DNA of 63,557 nucleotides, counting the filler, from Octopus bimaculoides (lineage: Eukaryota), in assembly GCF_001194135.2 (NCBI RefSeq). It is 7 parts of 7 records of this genome, joined end to end, with 100 filler letters (N's around TTAATTAATTAA, not from the genome) between each part and the next. Parts side by side here need not be neighbours in the genome. Positions count along the whole stretch, not along the records: positions 1 to 15,329 come from NC_068982.1; positions 15,430 to 39,433 come from NC_068987.1; 5 more parts are not named here. One strand, given 5' to 3'. The position numbers and the translations under genes are program-made. Under the pieces are notes generated by a model. The model saw only the letters and a program-made list of their open reading frames with translations. It was not told where the DNA came from and searched no databases. This document shows, piece after piece, positions 12,325 through 27,200 of the stretch. Positions within the stretch are counted from its first letter, which is position 1. Each line of letters opens with the position of its first letter.

Positions 12325-12665
12325 CAAAGATGTACTTGCATAGCAAGTGATCTGATCTGAGATCGTGTGCTGGAACGAAAACAATTGCAGCGTGGAAGGT
12401 GTTTATAAGCCATTTAAAAACACACAAAAACCGTTAGATTCACTTCAACATTTAGATTTAATTTGCCAAAATATTTTCATCGCTTTGTGACCGCGACCTG
12501 TTCACTGACAAAATTCCGTGCTGCATCTTGGAATTTTGTCAGTGAACAGGTCGTGGTCTCAAAGCAACAAAAATATTTTGGCAAATTAAATTTAAATGTT
12601 GAAGTGAATCTAACGGTTTTTGTGTGTTTCTTAAATGGCTTATAAACACCTTCCATGCTGCAATT
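12325..12665. repeat. Fold-back dispersed repeat; about 135-bp arms (12383-12517, 12530-12665) with 12-nt loop
   Basis: aattgcagcgtggaaggtgtttataagcc...ctgacaaaattcc is the near-perfect reverse complement of ggaattttgtcag...ggcttataaacaccttccatgctgcaatt; related copies at 43515-43707 and 53628-53745. Confidence 0.92.
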
Positions 12666-13444
12666 ATATATATATATATATATATCTCCATTGATTGTCT
12701 ATATGTTTTGAAGCAATGTCAGCCAATCTCAACATGTCTTTAGTATATTCTTACTGGGAAAAACAGGATACAATGTAGAAGAATGCATATTCAGAGAAAA
12801 GAAAAAAACTGAAGTCCAGGGCCACTTTCAGATAAACAGCGGTGAATCAAGAAAGGAAGTATTGCCAAACCAGAATTTGTAAGGAAGTAGCAGCTGTTGA
12901 GTGACGGTGGAGGAGTATTGGTGTGAGGTATAGAAATAATGTCAGTTTGTCTCGTTTTCCTTCTGTCTTCCTTTACTCTGTTTCTCTCTCTCTCTCACTA
13001 ACATACACATACAGTCTCAATTCTCATAATACACATACATACATACATTATGCAGCATAAGACATTGACATCATATAAAAAGCCATTTATAGAAGTATTG
13101 TAAAAAAAACTATCGAAGACCATATTGACAAACTGAACAAGTTTGCCATAGCATGAGCAAACCTTTGTGACCAGTAATGAAAACACTGTTTTAGTGGAGG
13201 AATACAGGCTGTGGTTCCTAACCTTTTTAATATCAAGACCAGATCCCAAACCTGGATTTTTAGAGGGGGCTGCACCAAAAAAAAAAACACATCAATTAAA
13301 TTTCGTTTTGGGATTTGGTTTGCAAGATGTGAGCAAAATAAAAAAGAAATGAGTGGAAATTTTACTGGTGAGTGTGTTAAATTATAAGGCACTAAAAGAG
13401 AAAGACTCTCCTCAGACACAACAGAACATCAATTAAAGAAACAT

Positions 13445-14350
13445 TTGTAACACAGGAGCCTTACAATACTTGTAACACTGGAGACTTACAATACTTGTAA
13501 TACAGGGGCCTTACAATACTTGTAACACAGAGGTCTTACAATACTTGTAACACAGGGGCCTTACAATACTTGTAACACAGGGATCTTACAATACTTGTAA
13601 CACAGGAGCCTTACAATACTTGTAACGCAGGGGCCTTACAATACTTGTAACACAAGGACCTTACAATACTTGTAACGCAGGGACCTTACAATACTTGTAA
13701 CACAGAGGCCTTACAATACTTGTAACACAGGGGCCTTACAATACTTGTAACACAGGGGCCTTACAATACTTGTAACACAGGAGCCTTACAATACTTGTAA
13801 CACAGGGCCTTACAATACTTGTAACACAGGGGCCTTACAATACTTGTAATACAGGAGCCTTACAATACTTGTAACACAGGGGCTTTATAATACTTGTAAC
13901 ACAGGGGCCTTACAATACTTGTAACGCAGGAGCCTTACAATACTTGTAACACAGGGGCTTTACAATACTTGTAACACATGGGCCTTACAATACTTGTAAC
14001 ACAGGGGCCTTACAATACTTGTAACACAGGGGCCTTACAATGCTTGTAACACAGGGGCCTTACGATACTTGTAACACAGGGGCCTTACAATACTTGTAAC
14101 ACATGGGCCTTACATTTCTTGTAACACAGGGGCCTTACAATACTTGTAACACAGGGGCATTACAATACTTGTAACACAGGGGCCTTACAATACTTGTAAC
14201 ACAGGGGTCTTACAATATTTGTAACACAGGAGCCTTACAATTCTTTTAACACAGGGGCCTTACAATACTTGTAACACAGGGGCATTACAATACTTGTAAC
14301 ACAGGGTACTTACATTAGTTGCAGTACAAGGGTTTTACAATACTTGTAGT
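13445..14350. repeat. 25-bp minisatellite, about 36 units, consensus TTGTAACACAGGGGCCTTACAATAC
   Basis: ttgtaa recurs every 25 nt (13445, 13470, 13495...); one 24-nt unit near 13801; degenerate last units. Confidence 0.97.
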
Positions 14351-15329
14351 ACAAAGGCTCTGAAAAATCTTAAACCAGATCTGAATATAGCAATTGATAA
14401 GGTGATGTATTTCATCACAGATTTTAAAATAGAAAACAATGTCGTGTGTTTTAATCTGAGGCTTAAGGTCAAACTGATAACTTTATAGGAAACCCCAAAT
14501 GTAGACAGGGAAAACCATCTAGGTATAATCAGCAAAAAACATAATAGTTTCCAAAAATACAAGAATTAGACAAGTTATAAATTTGACACAGTGACATATG
14601 ACAGTGTTGCCAATGGTTAAACAATATGAAAGACAAAAATCAAGATGTTTCTTAGTCTCTGTTTTCCGAATTCACTGTCAAGGCTTTGGTGCTGTAGTAA
14701 AAGACACTTGAGCCATGGAGCTGCACAGCCGACTGAACATAGGATCATGTGATTGGGAAACAAACTTCTTAGTCACACAGCCATGTTTGCTCAGAGCCTC
14801 AGGATTGCTTGAAGACACAGGGTGTGTTATAAAAACCTGGCTATTCATGTGTCTTCACAGTAAGAAACTATGAGTAGCTCATATATTTATTGTGTACATT
14901 AAATGATATACATCCATACACATACATACATATATACACAGACATATATACATATATACACACACACACACATATATATACATACATACATATACATACA
15001 TATATAAACATACATATACATGCATATACATATACATATACACACACATATATACATACATTTTCATACATATATATGCATATATATACATTTTTTTTTT
15101 TTTTTTTTTTTGGTTGTCTACTCCTTAAACAGAGTTTGACCACCTCCTGCACCTACACCTTAGCCCTTTCATGGCGTCTGATGTGGCTTTTTAAACCAGA
15201 CAGTGTTTTGAAAAAACATCCACACAGATTGCACCTCTGATTTGCACTACCAATACCTGCAAGTAAGTTCTGCTCATTGTGGATCCTAACATGTCTTTTA
15301 AGACCCCCATTGGATTTGCAAACCCTCTG

Positions 15330-15429
15330 NNNNNNNNNNNNNNNNNNNNNNNNNNNNNNNNNNNNNNNNNNNNTTAATTAATTAANNNNNNNNNNNNNNN
15401 NNNNNNNNNNNNNNNNNNNNNNNNNNNNN
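15330..15429. other. Artificial scaffold spacer 44N-TTAATTAATTAA-44N; same 12-mer inside N runs at 39478, 40621, 49883, 59226 and 62304
   Basis: Identical 12-mer with stops in all six frames centred in a 100-bp gap, six times. Confidence 0.95.
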
Positions 15430-15739
15430 AGGGGACAGAGGTGTCAGAGACAGTACAGGAGAAGTGGAGGGCAGGATGGAAAGATTGAACGAAAGAGAGG
15501 AACGAGTCAAGATGTTCGCGGGAGATATATATATATATACATGTACATATACATACATATACATATATATGTATACACATACTCTCACACACCCATACAT
15601 ATACATACTTACACACATATATATATGCATATCTTTATCTCCGTTCACACATACATATATACACACACACACTTATATGCACTCATCCATATATGCATAA
15701 TTGCACATACACAAACATACAAGAGGCATCATGCTGTAC

Positions 15740-16810
<1,071 letters not shown>

Positions 16811-18606
16811 GCAGTCGTCTCAATACAAATTAAATCTTATAATTTGAAACAAAGCGAATAACTTCAAAAGCTAAAATTTTACTCGCAAAATGTATACTTA
16901 TATACAAAAGCTTGTAGCGTTTTATATAGATCAATGGGTTGCGTGTTAAATTGTGATTTTTCTCTTTGTTAAATTATCACAGATATCTGCAATGATGTAT
17001 AGGTAGACAAATGCAGTGGCTTTAAATCACATGCCACATTTTAGGGGACATGGCTATTGAATTATCACAGCAGTTTTACTGTGTGAACGCACAAATATAT
17101 TCAGCAACTTTATTAAAAATAACTGCTAAAGTAGAAACAAAAATGAGCTAAGGAATGAGAGACTGTATTCTCATAAAATATAGAAGCGTTTATTATCACA
17201 TTCAGAGAGCCTAAATTCCATCTATTCCTATAAATTACACACCTATAAACATCAAATTTGAAATTAAATCCTAAGTAAGTGGAACATTAAATTGAATATT
17301 CGGTTAATGTTTCAGTAATAACGTTTTGTAATTAGGCAAAGGTCATCAAATATGAATTTGATGTGAGGTGTTTTGTCCATACTTTCAGAAGCACTGGCTG
17401 AAAGCTACAATATTTTATCCATCTCGGATGTATGAAAAAGAAAATTGATGTCGTTAGAATTCGAACACATGATTTTAAGAAACAGAAGAATTATCTCAAA
17501 ACGTTGTGCCGATGGGGTGAAGATTTTAAGAGCTCGCGGCCGTGTCCTTCAGTAATACTCAAAACAAAACAAAGGAAATGGCTAACACTGCCTGCTATAT
17601 GCTTATGTTCATAGTTGCTTCTTGCTTGTATATATTCCTCCTCACGGAAATGCTCTACATAATAAATCATGATATCAATTCCGAATTGCTTACATTTATA
17701 CCATTACTACAATATTGTGGAAAGAGAAGCCCGTTGTAAGGTAATCACGATGCCTCATGCTTTAGTGAACGTCAACACTTTGGTATACACCAGCATCTAC
17801 ATTGCGGTTGTGTTCTTTGTTTTCAGAGTCGTAAAAGAACTGCAGATATCCAGCGATGACACTGCAATTTTGCGAGCAGAAATAAATCTTCTCGCTCGAC
17901 AATAGAATTAAGGGCATCTATGTTCCTCCAATACGCCCACAATAAACACAGCATGTACTTGATGGACATCGTAAAGGCCACCAAAATGAAAACTGCGCAG
18001 TTAATTACCAGAATGGCTCTCGAGGAGTCTCGTGATCCTTCTGCATCATGTGGTTTCCTAGTTTTGCTCTGATACGACGACTGACGTTGATACTTACTTC
18101 AGTGGTGCCGTTAATGTAGTGACAAGGCAAATGCACATCGGCGTGTGGAAAGGATTGGGGGCATGTGCAAATGATACGTGATATGTAACACATTTGAATT
18201 GTATGAGTGTATATATTCACAAAGACATATATATGTATGTATGTATGTGTATGCATACACGCGCGCGCGCACACATATACAATTACATGCATATGAATAT
18301 GTGAGACGCACACAAAATAAGAAATGTGTAAAAAAAAAATGCATGGATGGAAATGCGAAACAGGAATAATGAAGTCCAACAGTAAGAAGCAGAAAAACAT
18401 GATAAAACTGGGAGAAATAATTTGTAGACGATAAGAAAAAGACATGATGGAAGAGATGTAGTAAAACAAAACTAAGAAAACAAATAAATTAATGAAAAGT
18501 GTACATACCAATTACGTCAAAGTATCCTAAAGGAATGTAATAGGATAATTTTGCACCACAATTACACAGAAACATATACACAGAGAATGACACGCAAATA
18601 CATACT

Positions 18607-18637
<31 letters not shown>

Positions 18638-19804
18638 TACACATACACATAGAAACATAAAACTTGCATATATGCAGAGACAAAAACAATATCAAATAAA
18701 AACCTGTAAATCAGGCAGGAAAGAAAATGCTGTTCGTATAAAAATAAAAAAAAGAGAAAATATTAGAAATACCATTGCAAATTATATAGGCAATTATTTG
18801 GATTCTTCTTTTTTCGATTTGCCGTTAGAATTATTTTTCTATTTACTTTGCTTCTACATTGATGTAATTTTTCTTACACCGGTCCTCTAACATTCCCACC
18901 TCTGAATCTAGGATACTGTTTAATAAACATCCTAAAGTGTTTTAATTATCATCTTCATGTAGACTTTCTCTATTAGTGCAGTTCTTAGATGGTAGGTAAT
19001 AAAGGATAAACTCTTATATTGACTGCATCATTTAGAAACAGTTGTTGCATGCTGGAAGCAATGTTAACTAATTATCTCAGATTTAGTTTGTCACTGACGC
19101 AGATAAAAAGACACTCACAAACATATATATACGCACGCACAAATATGAACAGAGAGAGAGTGGGGAGGTTACATACATAAATATTTGCAAGAATATTTAT
19201 ATATATAAAATTGAGAATGTGTTTTTGTGTCTCTGTGTCTATCAGTATGTGTGCATCAATAATACTTGAGACCTACACAAAGGATTTCATTCAAATTTTA
19301 CACATACTTTACTTAGTGTCCATGCAATGTCATGGGCCAAAGAAATATGAACTTCTTGCCTAATGCGAGACCGGGGCATTCTATTATTTTTTACACTATT
19401 TCAGTTTTACGTGTTAAAAGTAAAACAATAAAATCTCTCTTGGAATATGGGAAAGTAACTTCAGTTTTTCTAGTTTCGTTAATAATACTGAAACTAATAA
19501 AAGTGAAACTAGTATCTCACTTACATAAATATACTAAAATAATTTTATAAAAAACATTTCAGTACTGGCTTCAGTCATTGAGACTTTTTCAACTGTAAGT
19601 ATGGAAAGCAATTAAATTTTGTAAAAATTAAAAGAAAAGTTTAAAAAAAATATTTGCATAGTATTCAAATACAAGGAGTATTTTCCATGTTTCTGCCTGT
19701 TTCTCTCTCGCTTGTTTGCACTTGTGGTTTTGAGGTCATTGTAAATTCTTAGCAGGGAAGAAGAAGAAGGAGGAGGAGGAAGAGAAGAAGAAGGAGAAGA
19801 CGAA

Positions 19805-20072
19805 GCAGCATCGTTTGTCAGGCGATGTTGGGGGGGGGCAAACAAAGACACACAAATATACATATATATATGTGTGTGTGTGTGTGTATACACATGCATA
19901 TATATATACGACGGGCTTCTTTCAGGTTCCGTCTACCAAATCCACGCACAAGGCTGTGGTCGGCCCGAGGCTATAGTAAAATACACTCACCCAAGGTGCC
20001 ACGCAGTGGGACTGAACCCGAAACCATGTGGTTAGCAAGCAAGCCACATACCATACAACCACTTCTGCGCCT
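19805..20072 (-). mobile_element. SINE family A
   Basis: acgggcttctttcaggttccgtctaccaaatccacgcacaaggc...gtgggactgaacccgaaaccatgtgg...cttctgcgcc, reverse complement of the family A head. Confidence 0.88.
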
Positions 20073-21856
20073 ATATATTTATATATATATTTTTATATTA
20101 TTCAATTGATTTTTAAAGATTATTTTTAATCGATACCGTATTTAACACTAAATTATTTAGAAGTAAGAGTAGCATTTTAACCTTAAATAAGCCTTTGATT
20201 TGATTACGGTTGAAATATTTTCGATTTATACTGTTTAATATTTCATTCTATTGTATGCGATAAATAACTCAAATTTTTATTTCTTATCAACCTCTAGTTC
20301 TGAGTTTAACGTGTATGTTTCAGTTTCAACTACAACAACATTTTGATTAGTATCGTTTTTACTTTGTTTAACGACTTTATATCATTGTTTGAAAAAAATA
20401 AGTATTCTTGTATTAGAAGTAAGAGTACCATTGTAGCTTAAAATAAGATTTTGATTTGATTAGGGTTGCAATAATTTCGATTAATACAATCATTTCGATA
20501 AATGCCTAGTCTTTTTATTTTAATTTCTTTGTTTATACAATATCGTTAATGTTTTTTTTATTATGATTTATGTTATATAAAGTTTTATCATTCATTCGTA
20601 ATAATGCTTTCATTCATATTTCTATTCCTATACTTTACGGAATATTTTCACTAGATTCCTTATACATAAACGTTTTACTGTTAAATAGTCTAGATTAAAC
20701 TATTGCATCGTTTAAATACGTGCTAATAGTATATTTATTATTTTAACCTTAAACTTCGTTCAAATTGTACTTAAAGCGACACAAATCTGTTTAGGTTGTT
20801 TTTTTGCATATAATATACCTGTTAGATTATTTTATAATGGACATATGGTTGATTATGGAACGGTTTATTATTTTGAAATTTTTAATAATATTTTCCTATC
20901 GTTATATAATAAGTATTTTATATACATTCATTTGTTAATTATTGTTGGTTGATATATAAATTCATTTATTATTATTATTGTTGTATTTTGACCTGACGAT
21001 TAGCTATATTTTTGAATAGAATTGATTTTCGATAGTTTTAATCGATTTTAATCGATTTAAATTTTCTTTCTATTTGAAAATTGGTTATGAAACACGTGTA
21101 GTCATTCCATTATCTTTATCTTATGATATTTACTTTGTATTATATTATACTTATTTATTGTACATTTAATTATTACTTTTTCTATATGTGACAGTGGATT
21201 TTCATCGATGAGTTCATGAACCTTGGTTTTTTTCCCCCTAATATTATATATTGATATATACATGTTTTTATTTTTCATAAGTTGAAATTTTACAAGCCAA
21301 TTTTTTTTCAGAATCGTAATCTTCGTATTTTTCTACGTATTTCGCAAAAAAGAAAAAACATACTGCGAAAAGTGAAAAATAGAGGGGGTGAGAGTTGGGG
21401 CCTAGGGCTAATTGAAATTTCGAAAATGTGATTTAAAAAAAAAATGTTTTTTTCAGGATCGGATACACTATAAACAAAGAACGTGGAACTCCGTATAAAA
21501 AAGCTCAATATATATCCATTTTACAGAAGTTATGACGAAAAATCGGATGTTGTGAATTTTCGGAAGATCCCCTCCCCACTCCAGGGTCGTCAGCGCGCAT
21601 TTGTTTTTTTTATATTCGTTTTCCACATTCTTGTTAACAATCTCCACGCTGGTTAATTTTTGTTTTTGTTCCGGGTGAGGATCTTTATATTGACCATGTA
21701 ATATTAGTTGTGTAATAACATGTCAAATCTTTATGAATAAGCAATAGGAAATGTACACAGATATGAAATAACATCATGAAATATAGAAAAAGCAGTAAGA
21801 GTAAATGATAAAAAATAAATAGGTATGTACACACACAGATATATGCAGTCATCCGT

Positions 21857-21927
<71 letters not shown>

Positions 21928-21937
21928 NNNNNNNNNN

Positions 21938-21998
<61 letters not shown>

Positions 21999-22053
21999 CA
22001 GCGTTCAAAGGTAGACAGAGAGGCACATACACACACATACATATATATATATA

Positions 22054-22470
22054 CAGGGTGCAGGGAATAAACTGACCCCTATGTTACGACAGATATATTT
22101 ATCAAAATTACACAAAGATAACTTCAAAAAGTAAAGAGTAATCGTATTCAATAAAATCATGATTAGCTTCAACCAGGACCTCCAGACAACTTCGAAATTT
22201 CCTCCAACACATTTGGTTAGTGCAACTATTTTCGGTTAGTGAACGCTGCCCAATATACCCACAATGACTACCCGTCTGATAAGGGTAGACCAGGCACATG
22301 CATCACAACTATGTGTGCACGACATGGCGACCTCATATCAAGACATGCAGCACATGACATCGCAGGTGGGGCCCAGTTAGAATTTTCTTCAGGTCGAGTA
22401 GCTCACCCGCTCAAAAGGTCCCTGAATAAGGTTTGTTTAAGGATGTTGAGCAAAGCATTCATGTTCTAAA
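22054..22470 (-). mobile_element. maT/DD37D-type Tc1/mariner relic, 3' end with one TIR
   Basis: TA|cagggtg terminus; block taaagagtaatcgtattcaataaaatcatgattagcttcaacc resembles 62502-62545; minus-strand FRSCLEVLVEANHDFIE resembles a transposase C-terminus. Confidence 0.6.
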
Positions 22471-22959
22471 GGTGAATTATTCAAACCCCTAAGAATTCCT
22501 CTCAACACATGGCTATGGTTCTCCCCACTACTTCTGCTCATGATCGGAGATACACATTTCGTCAGCCTCCAAGGGACATGCTCAACTGGTTAAGGTCAAA
22601 CAACTGACAAGCAAATCTGTGGTATTAAGCAGAATATTTGCTGTAGCCCATCTTTTATACNNNNNNNNNNAAGCAGAATATTTGCTGTAGCCCATCTTTT
22701 ATACCAAGACAAAACAACGTACATGATAACACTTCCAATCAATTAAGTTCAGAAGCCATGAGAGCCACTGCCGGGTACTGCATCCTATTATTATCATTAT
22801 TAATCCGCCTAGGTCCACTTTGCCATACATCGACTATCTCCCTCCCCCAAATTTCAGGCCTTGTGCCTATAGTAGAGAGTATTATTATTATTATTGTTGT
22901 TGTTGTTGTTTCTGCTGCTGCTCCTGTTACTGTCATTATAACAGGTAGCTTGGGAATGG

Positions 22960-23310
22960 CGTGCAAATTAACTGATTTGGATGGTCTGCCTAAAACCTTT
23001 ACTTTTATTTCTATATTCCAGACCTGTTTAGCGACCTTTTAGCAGATATCTACCGCAACTGTACGCATAACAGGAGAATTCCTTGTTCTGTGAGTCAAGG
23101 AGTGCTGGCACTGCTGAGAACAAAAACCCCACAATGGGGAACAAATAAGACAGTTTAGGCCCATTACGCTACTGAACGCAGACATCAAAATTTTGGCCAA
23201 GGTGTTTGTAAAGTTGTTGGCTCTCGTTGTCAAGGAACTGATAAGGGATGCGCCAACATGCACAATCCAAAAAAAATCTATCCAGAGCAACCTCCACTTT
23301 GCACGCCTTC
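22960..23310 (+). mobile_element. L1/Tx1-clade LINE RT fragment
   Basis: PDLFSDLLADIYRNC...SVSQGVLALLR...FRPITLLNADIKILAKVFVKLLALVVKELIRDAPTCTIQKKSIQSNLHFAR. Confidence 0.85.
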
Positions 23311-24230
23311 GTGTTGCTTTTAATCAAGGTTCTAAGGCCGCAACATTTGCGCTGTGTATGGTGAGTGTGCCATCGCTGAAAGAACCGCTTGTGATTGGTA
23401 TGCCAAGTTCAAAAAAGGAAAGACGCACTTCCTTCTGGCCGTACAGTTGAGTTCGATGAAGAGAGATTAAAAAAATTTTGCACGAAAATTTTCATCAAGC
23501 GACAAGGGAACTGGCAGAGAAAATGGAATGTTCCCGCACCGCTATAGAGAAGCATCTTCACTCGATGGGAAAGTTTCAGAAGCATGGAGCATGTGTTCCG
23601 CATGCTTCAAGTGACAACGAGTCACAATCTCCGCTGGTTTATTTGCTCGTCACCGCTAAACTCATGGACACAAGCAGCGATTTCTTTACTGTTACTGGCG
23701 ACAAAAAATGGTGCCTGCACATCAATATGAAGCAGCGTAAGGAATGGCTTAGCCCTGGTAAACAAGCGAAATCACGCGTGAAACAAGATCTTCATCCGCG
23801 TAAAACGACGTTGCGCGCATGGTGGGACTGGGAAGGGATTATCCATTACGAATTGCTTGAACGGAAACAAACGGTCAAAGCGGAACTCTATTTTTAACAG
23901 ATGGAACGACTCAAGAGAAAAGACCTAATCGTCAGCACGGATTCAAACGCATGTCTGGGAAGTGCTGCCATACCCGTCGTACACTCCTGATTTTGCATTA
24001 ACGGATTTTCACCTCTTTAGATCTCTTTCAAATACTATGCGCGAAGTTTCGTTCAATACTGATGCAGAATTGAGAGCTTTGTTGGGTCAATTTTTCGAGT
24101 CGAAATCGGGTGATTTCTACAAGCGAGGTATTGAAAGTCTTATTGAATATTGGGAAGAAGTTGTAAACAACAAGTGTGAATACATTACTGATAATTAGTT
24201 GTTATTTTTTTTTTATTAAACCTTTAAAAA
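23310..24230 (+). mobile_element. mariner transposase pseudogene
   Basis: N-terminal AFNQGSKA...VYGECAIAERTACDWYAKFK; CVPHAS at the WVPHEL position; VTGDKKW; WWDWEGIIHYELL; PYPSYTPDFALTDFHLFRSL (YSPDLAPSDY motif); frameshifts and a deletion. Confidence 0.92.
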
Positions 24231-27200
24231 ANNNNNNNNNNATATATGTATATATATATTTTTTTTTTTTTATTTATTTATACATATACATATGTATGTA
24301 CACATATGTATGCATGCGTTAGCATTTATCAGATAGTGTTTCTTCTATGTACAAAAATCGTTTGTATATGCATATATAGTTGTACCGGTATGTACACGCA
24401 TATTTTTTTCCTAATAAAGTTATGTATGACATACTTTTTGCATGTATTTATCCATATACATACGATGTCAATATATTTACTTTTTACATTTTTATGTTTT
24501 TATATCTACATAACTAGAAATAAAGTAAACCTACATTTTCCCCTTAATTGTTACCTCCCCTACACTACGCATAACTATAACTTTATGTTTTAGCTTTTAT
24601 CCACAATTATATACAAGACTATTCGTTATTATAAAATATAACTTTTCTATACCACTCCATAGATGATTATAAATGTTTTTAGCAGTGAATAATGTAAGTA
24701 AAGTTTTCGCTCATCTTCAATACTTAAAATTTCTGATTTTTTAAAATAATTTGTTTATTTATTTTTTATTTTATTTAATTTTGATTTCATGAACCGTGTT
24801 CTGGTATCTAGCTCTTCATATATCATTCTACCAGTTTAACCATAAATTTCGTAAAATTTCACTAATTTTCTTCTATAAAAAGTAGACATTATTTACAAAA
24901 ACATAAATTTCATAAACCAGAAACCATTTATGATTATTATCAAACACTTTTTTCTAAATAATTAGTAAGCCGTGTTGATTATAGATGGTTAAATAAATGT
25001 GTTAGTCTCCAGTATTTAAAAATTCTGTACTTCCTTACTTGGTTTGTCTTTTCCTTAAAATACAGCCTCGGCAGTTTTTTTACAACATATATGGGACTTT
25101 TAAATTTGTTCCTTTATAAAAATGTATATAAAGCTACACTTATTTGTATTATACATATCAGCACTCAAGTGATATATTTTAGTCTGGTTAAAATACCCAT
25201 GACTCCAACAACAATACTATATGTATGTAATTATAACATCTTCATAGACTTTTCAAAACTTTTTTGGCTACTGATGAATACTTTTTGACAACTCAGATTC
25301 TTAAAATGAATTTATTGTCCTTCTGTATGAAACGATGGAATAGCTGCATGAATAAAAAAAAAAAGAATCTCATCCATTTTAACATCTAATCTCCTCCATT
25401 TACGTAAAATATGAATGAATTTATTGAACTCTGTTTACTAAGATAAATCATATACTTTATATATATATATATATATATACACACACATATATANNNNNNN
25501 NNNNNNNNNNNNNNNNNNNNNNNNNNNNNNNNNNNNNNNNNNNNNNNNNNNNNNNNNNNNNNNNNNNNNNNNNNNNNNNNNNNNNNNNNNNNNNNNNNNN
25601 NNNNNNNNNNNNNNNNNNNNTATATATATATATATATATATTATACATGTGAACGTATGTGGGTATGTGTGTATATGCGTATGTGTCTATGGTCAGATGT
25701 ACCATTGTCGAATTCGCAACAACAAACTGGTTAGAATCATTTATGATGTGTTGTAGAATTGAACAAGTTTCTTTTTCACTATGCCCACGGGTCAAAACCA
25801 TTTTTGAAGTACATTTTTAACATCAGTTTGAAACATCGTGTGTGGTAATTTTTTTTTAATTAATCAGTATTTGTATATTTAAATTTTGTATAGTATTAGG
25901 TCGGATCGAAAATAAATTATTGTGAAGTTTGATGGAATACCCAGTCCTTAATAGCCAATTATATGAGTAGTTTGTATAGGTGCTAGAACAGTTGATAGTC
26001 TACTAAGAAGCAACCGACGGAGGTCCAGTTACTTTATACATACATACATGCACGCATACATATATAAATCTATCTCTCTATATATATGCATATATATAAT
26101 ATATATATATACGCATATATATATATGTACATATATGCATATATATATACGTATATATATGAGTATGTATAAATATATATNNNNNNNNNNNNNNNNNNNN
26201 NNNNNNNNNNNNNNNNNNNNNNNNNNNNNNNNNNNNNNNNNNNNNNNNNNNNNNNNNNNNNNNNNNNNNNNNNNNNNNNNNNNNNNNNNNNNNNNNNNNN
26301 NNNNNNNNNNNNNNNNNNNNNNNNNNNNNNNNNNNNNNNNNNNNNNNNNNNNNNNNNNNNNNNNNNNNNNNNNNNNNNNNNNNNNNNNNNNNNNNNNNNN
26401 NNNNNNNNNNNNNNNNNNNNNNNNNNNNNNNNNNNNNNNNNNNNNNNNNNNNNNNNNNNNNNNNNNNNNNNNNNNNNNNNNNNNNNNNNNNNNNNNNNNN
26501 NNNNNNNNNNNNNNNNNNNNNNNNNNNNNNNNNNNNNNNNNNNNNNNNNNNNNNNNTATATAAGTATACGTGTGTGTGCCTGTGTATGTATTGTTCTGGC
26601 TACATATTTGATCAATAATCAATTGAAAATAGATGTGTGGAACACAATACGACAGAATGTTATATACGGAAATATCACATTCAGTTCATTCTATTGAACT
26701 GATACCATCCATTACCTAAGCCTTTCATTTTACCGTTACAAGTCTAATTCCTTTCAACAACCATTATGATTTGACACAATATTGTGTATTGTTAAGAAAA
26801 ATCTTATATATACACACCCATATATATGTATATACGCGTACACGTACAGATTACAAGACACACTGCCCAATATCGATCATCACATACAAACTTATAACAT
26901 ATATGAAGAGTTAAATATATATTTCTGTATGTATGTGTGTGCGCCTGTACGCGAGTAAGTACGTTTGTATGTGGCAGTAAGTTTAAGTAAATAATGTATT
27001 TTCCCAATATTAATAATGTCATAAATAGCAAACGCATATGTACACAATTCTCTTACATTCAGAAACAATATATAAACGCACAAATATAGGCACAAACAGT
27101 TGTATAAATACAATTGGTACATAAGTGAAGATTACACATACTCAGTTACACACATACCTATGATGATAAAAAATATCAATACATATATTACAAAGAAACA

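Noticed and set aside
12340-12385. Hammerhead in ctgatctgagatcgtgtgctggaacgaaaac
   Set aside because: The CUGANGA core is not matched and no stem I or III closes.
13350-13368. ATGAGTGGAAATTTTACTG|gtgagt as a first coding exon
   Set aside because: Six codons and a donor-like hexamer are expected by chance; no matching downstream exon was found.
13445-14350. CRISPR-like array
   Set aside because: Spacers are only 10 nt and homologous to each other, there are no cas genes, and the context is eukaryotic; it is a minisatellite.
22627-22704. 34-bp direct repeat around a 10-N gap
   Set aside because: Typical overlap of contig ends, an assembly artefact.
25690-25915. Additional mariner N-terminal relic
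   Set aside because: Similarity (GHSEKET..., tattaggtcgg) is too weak to call without alignment.
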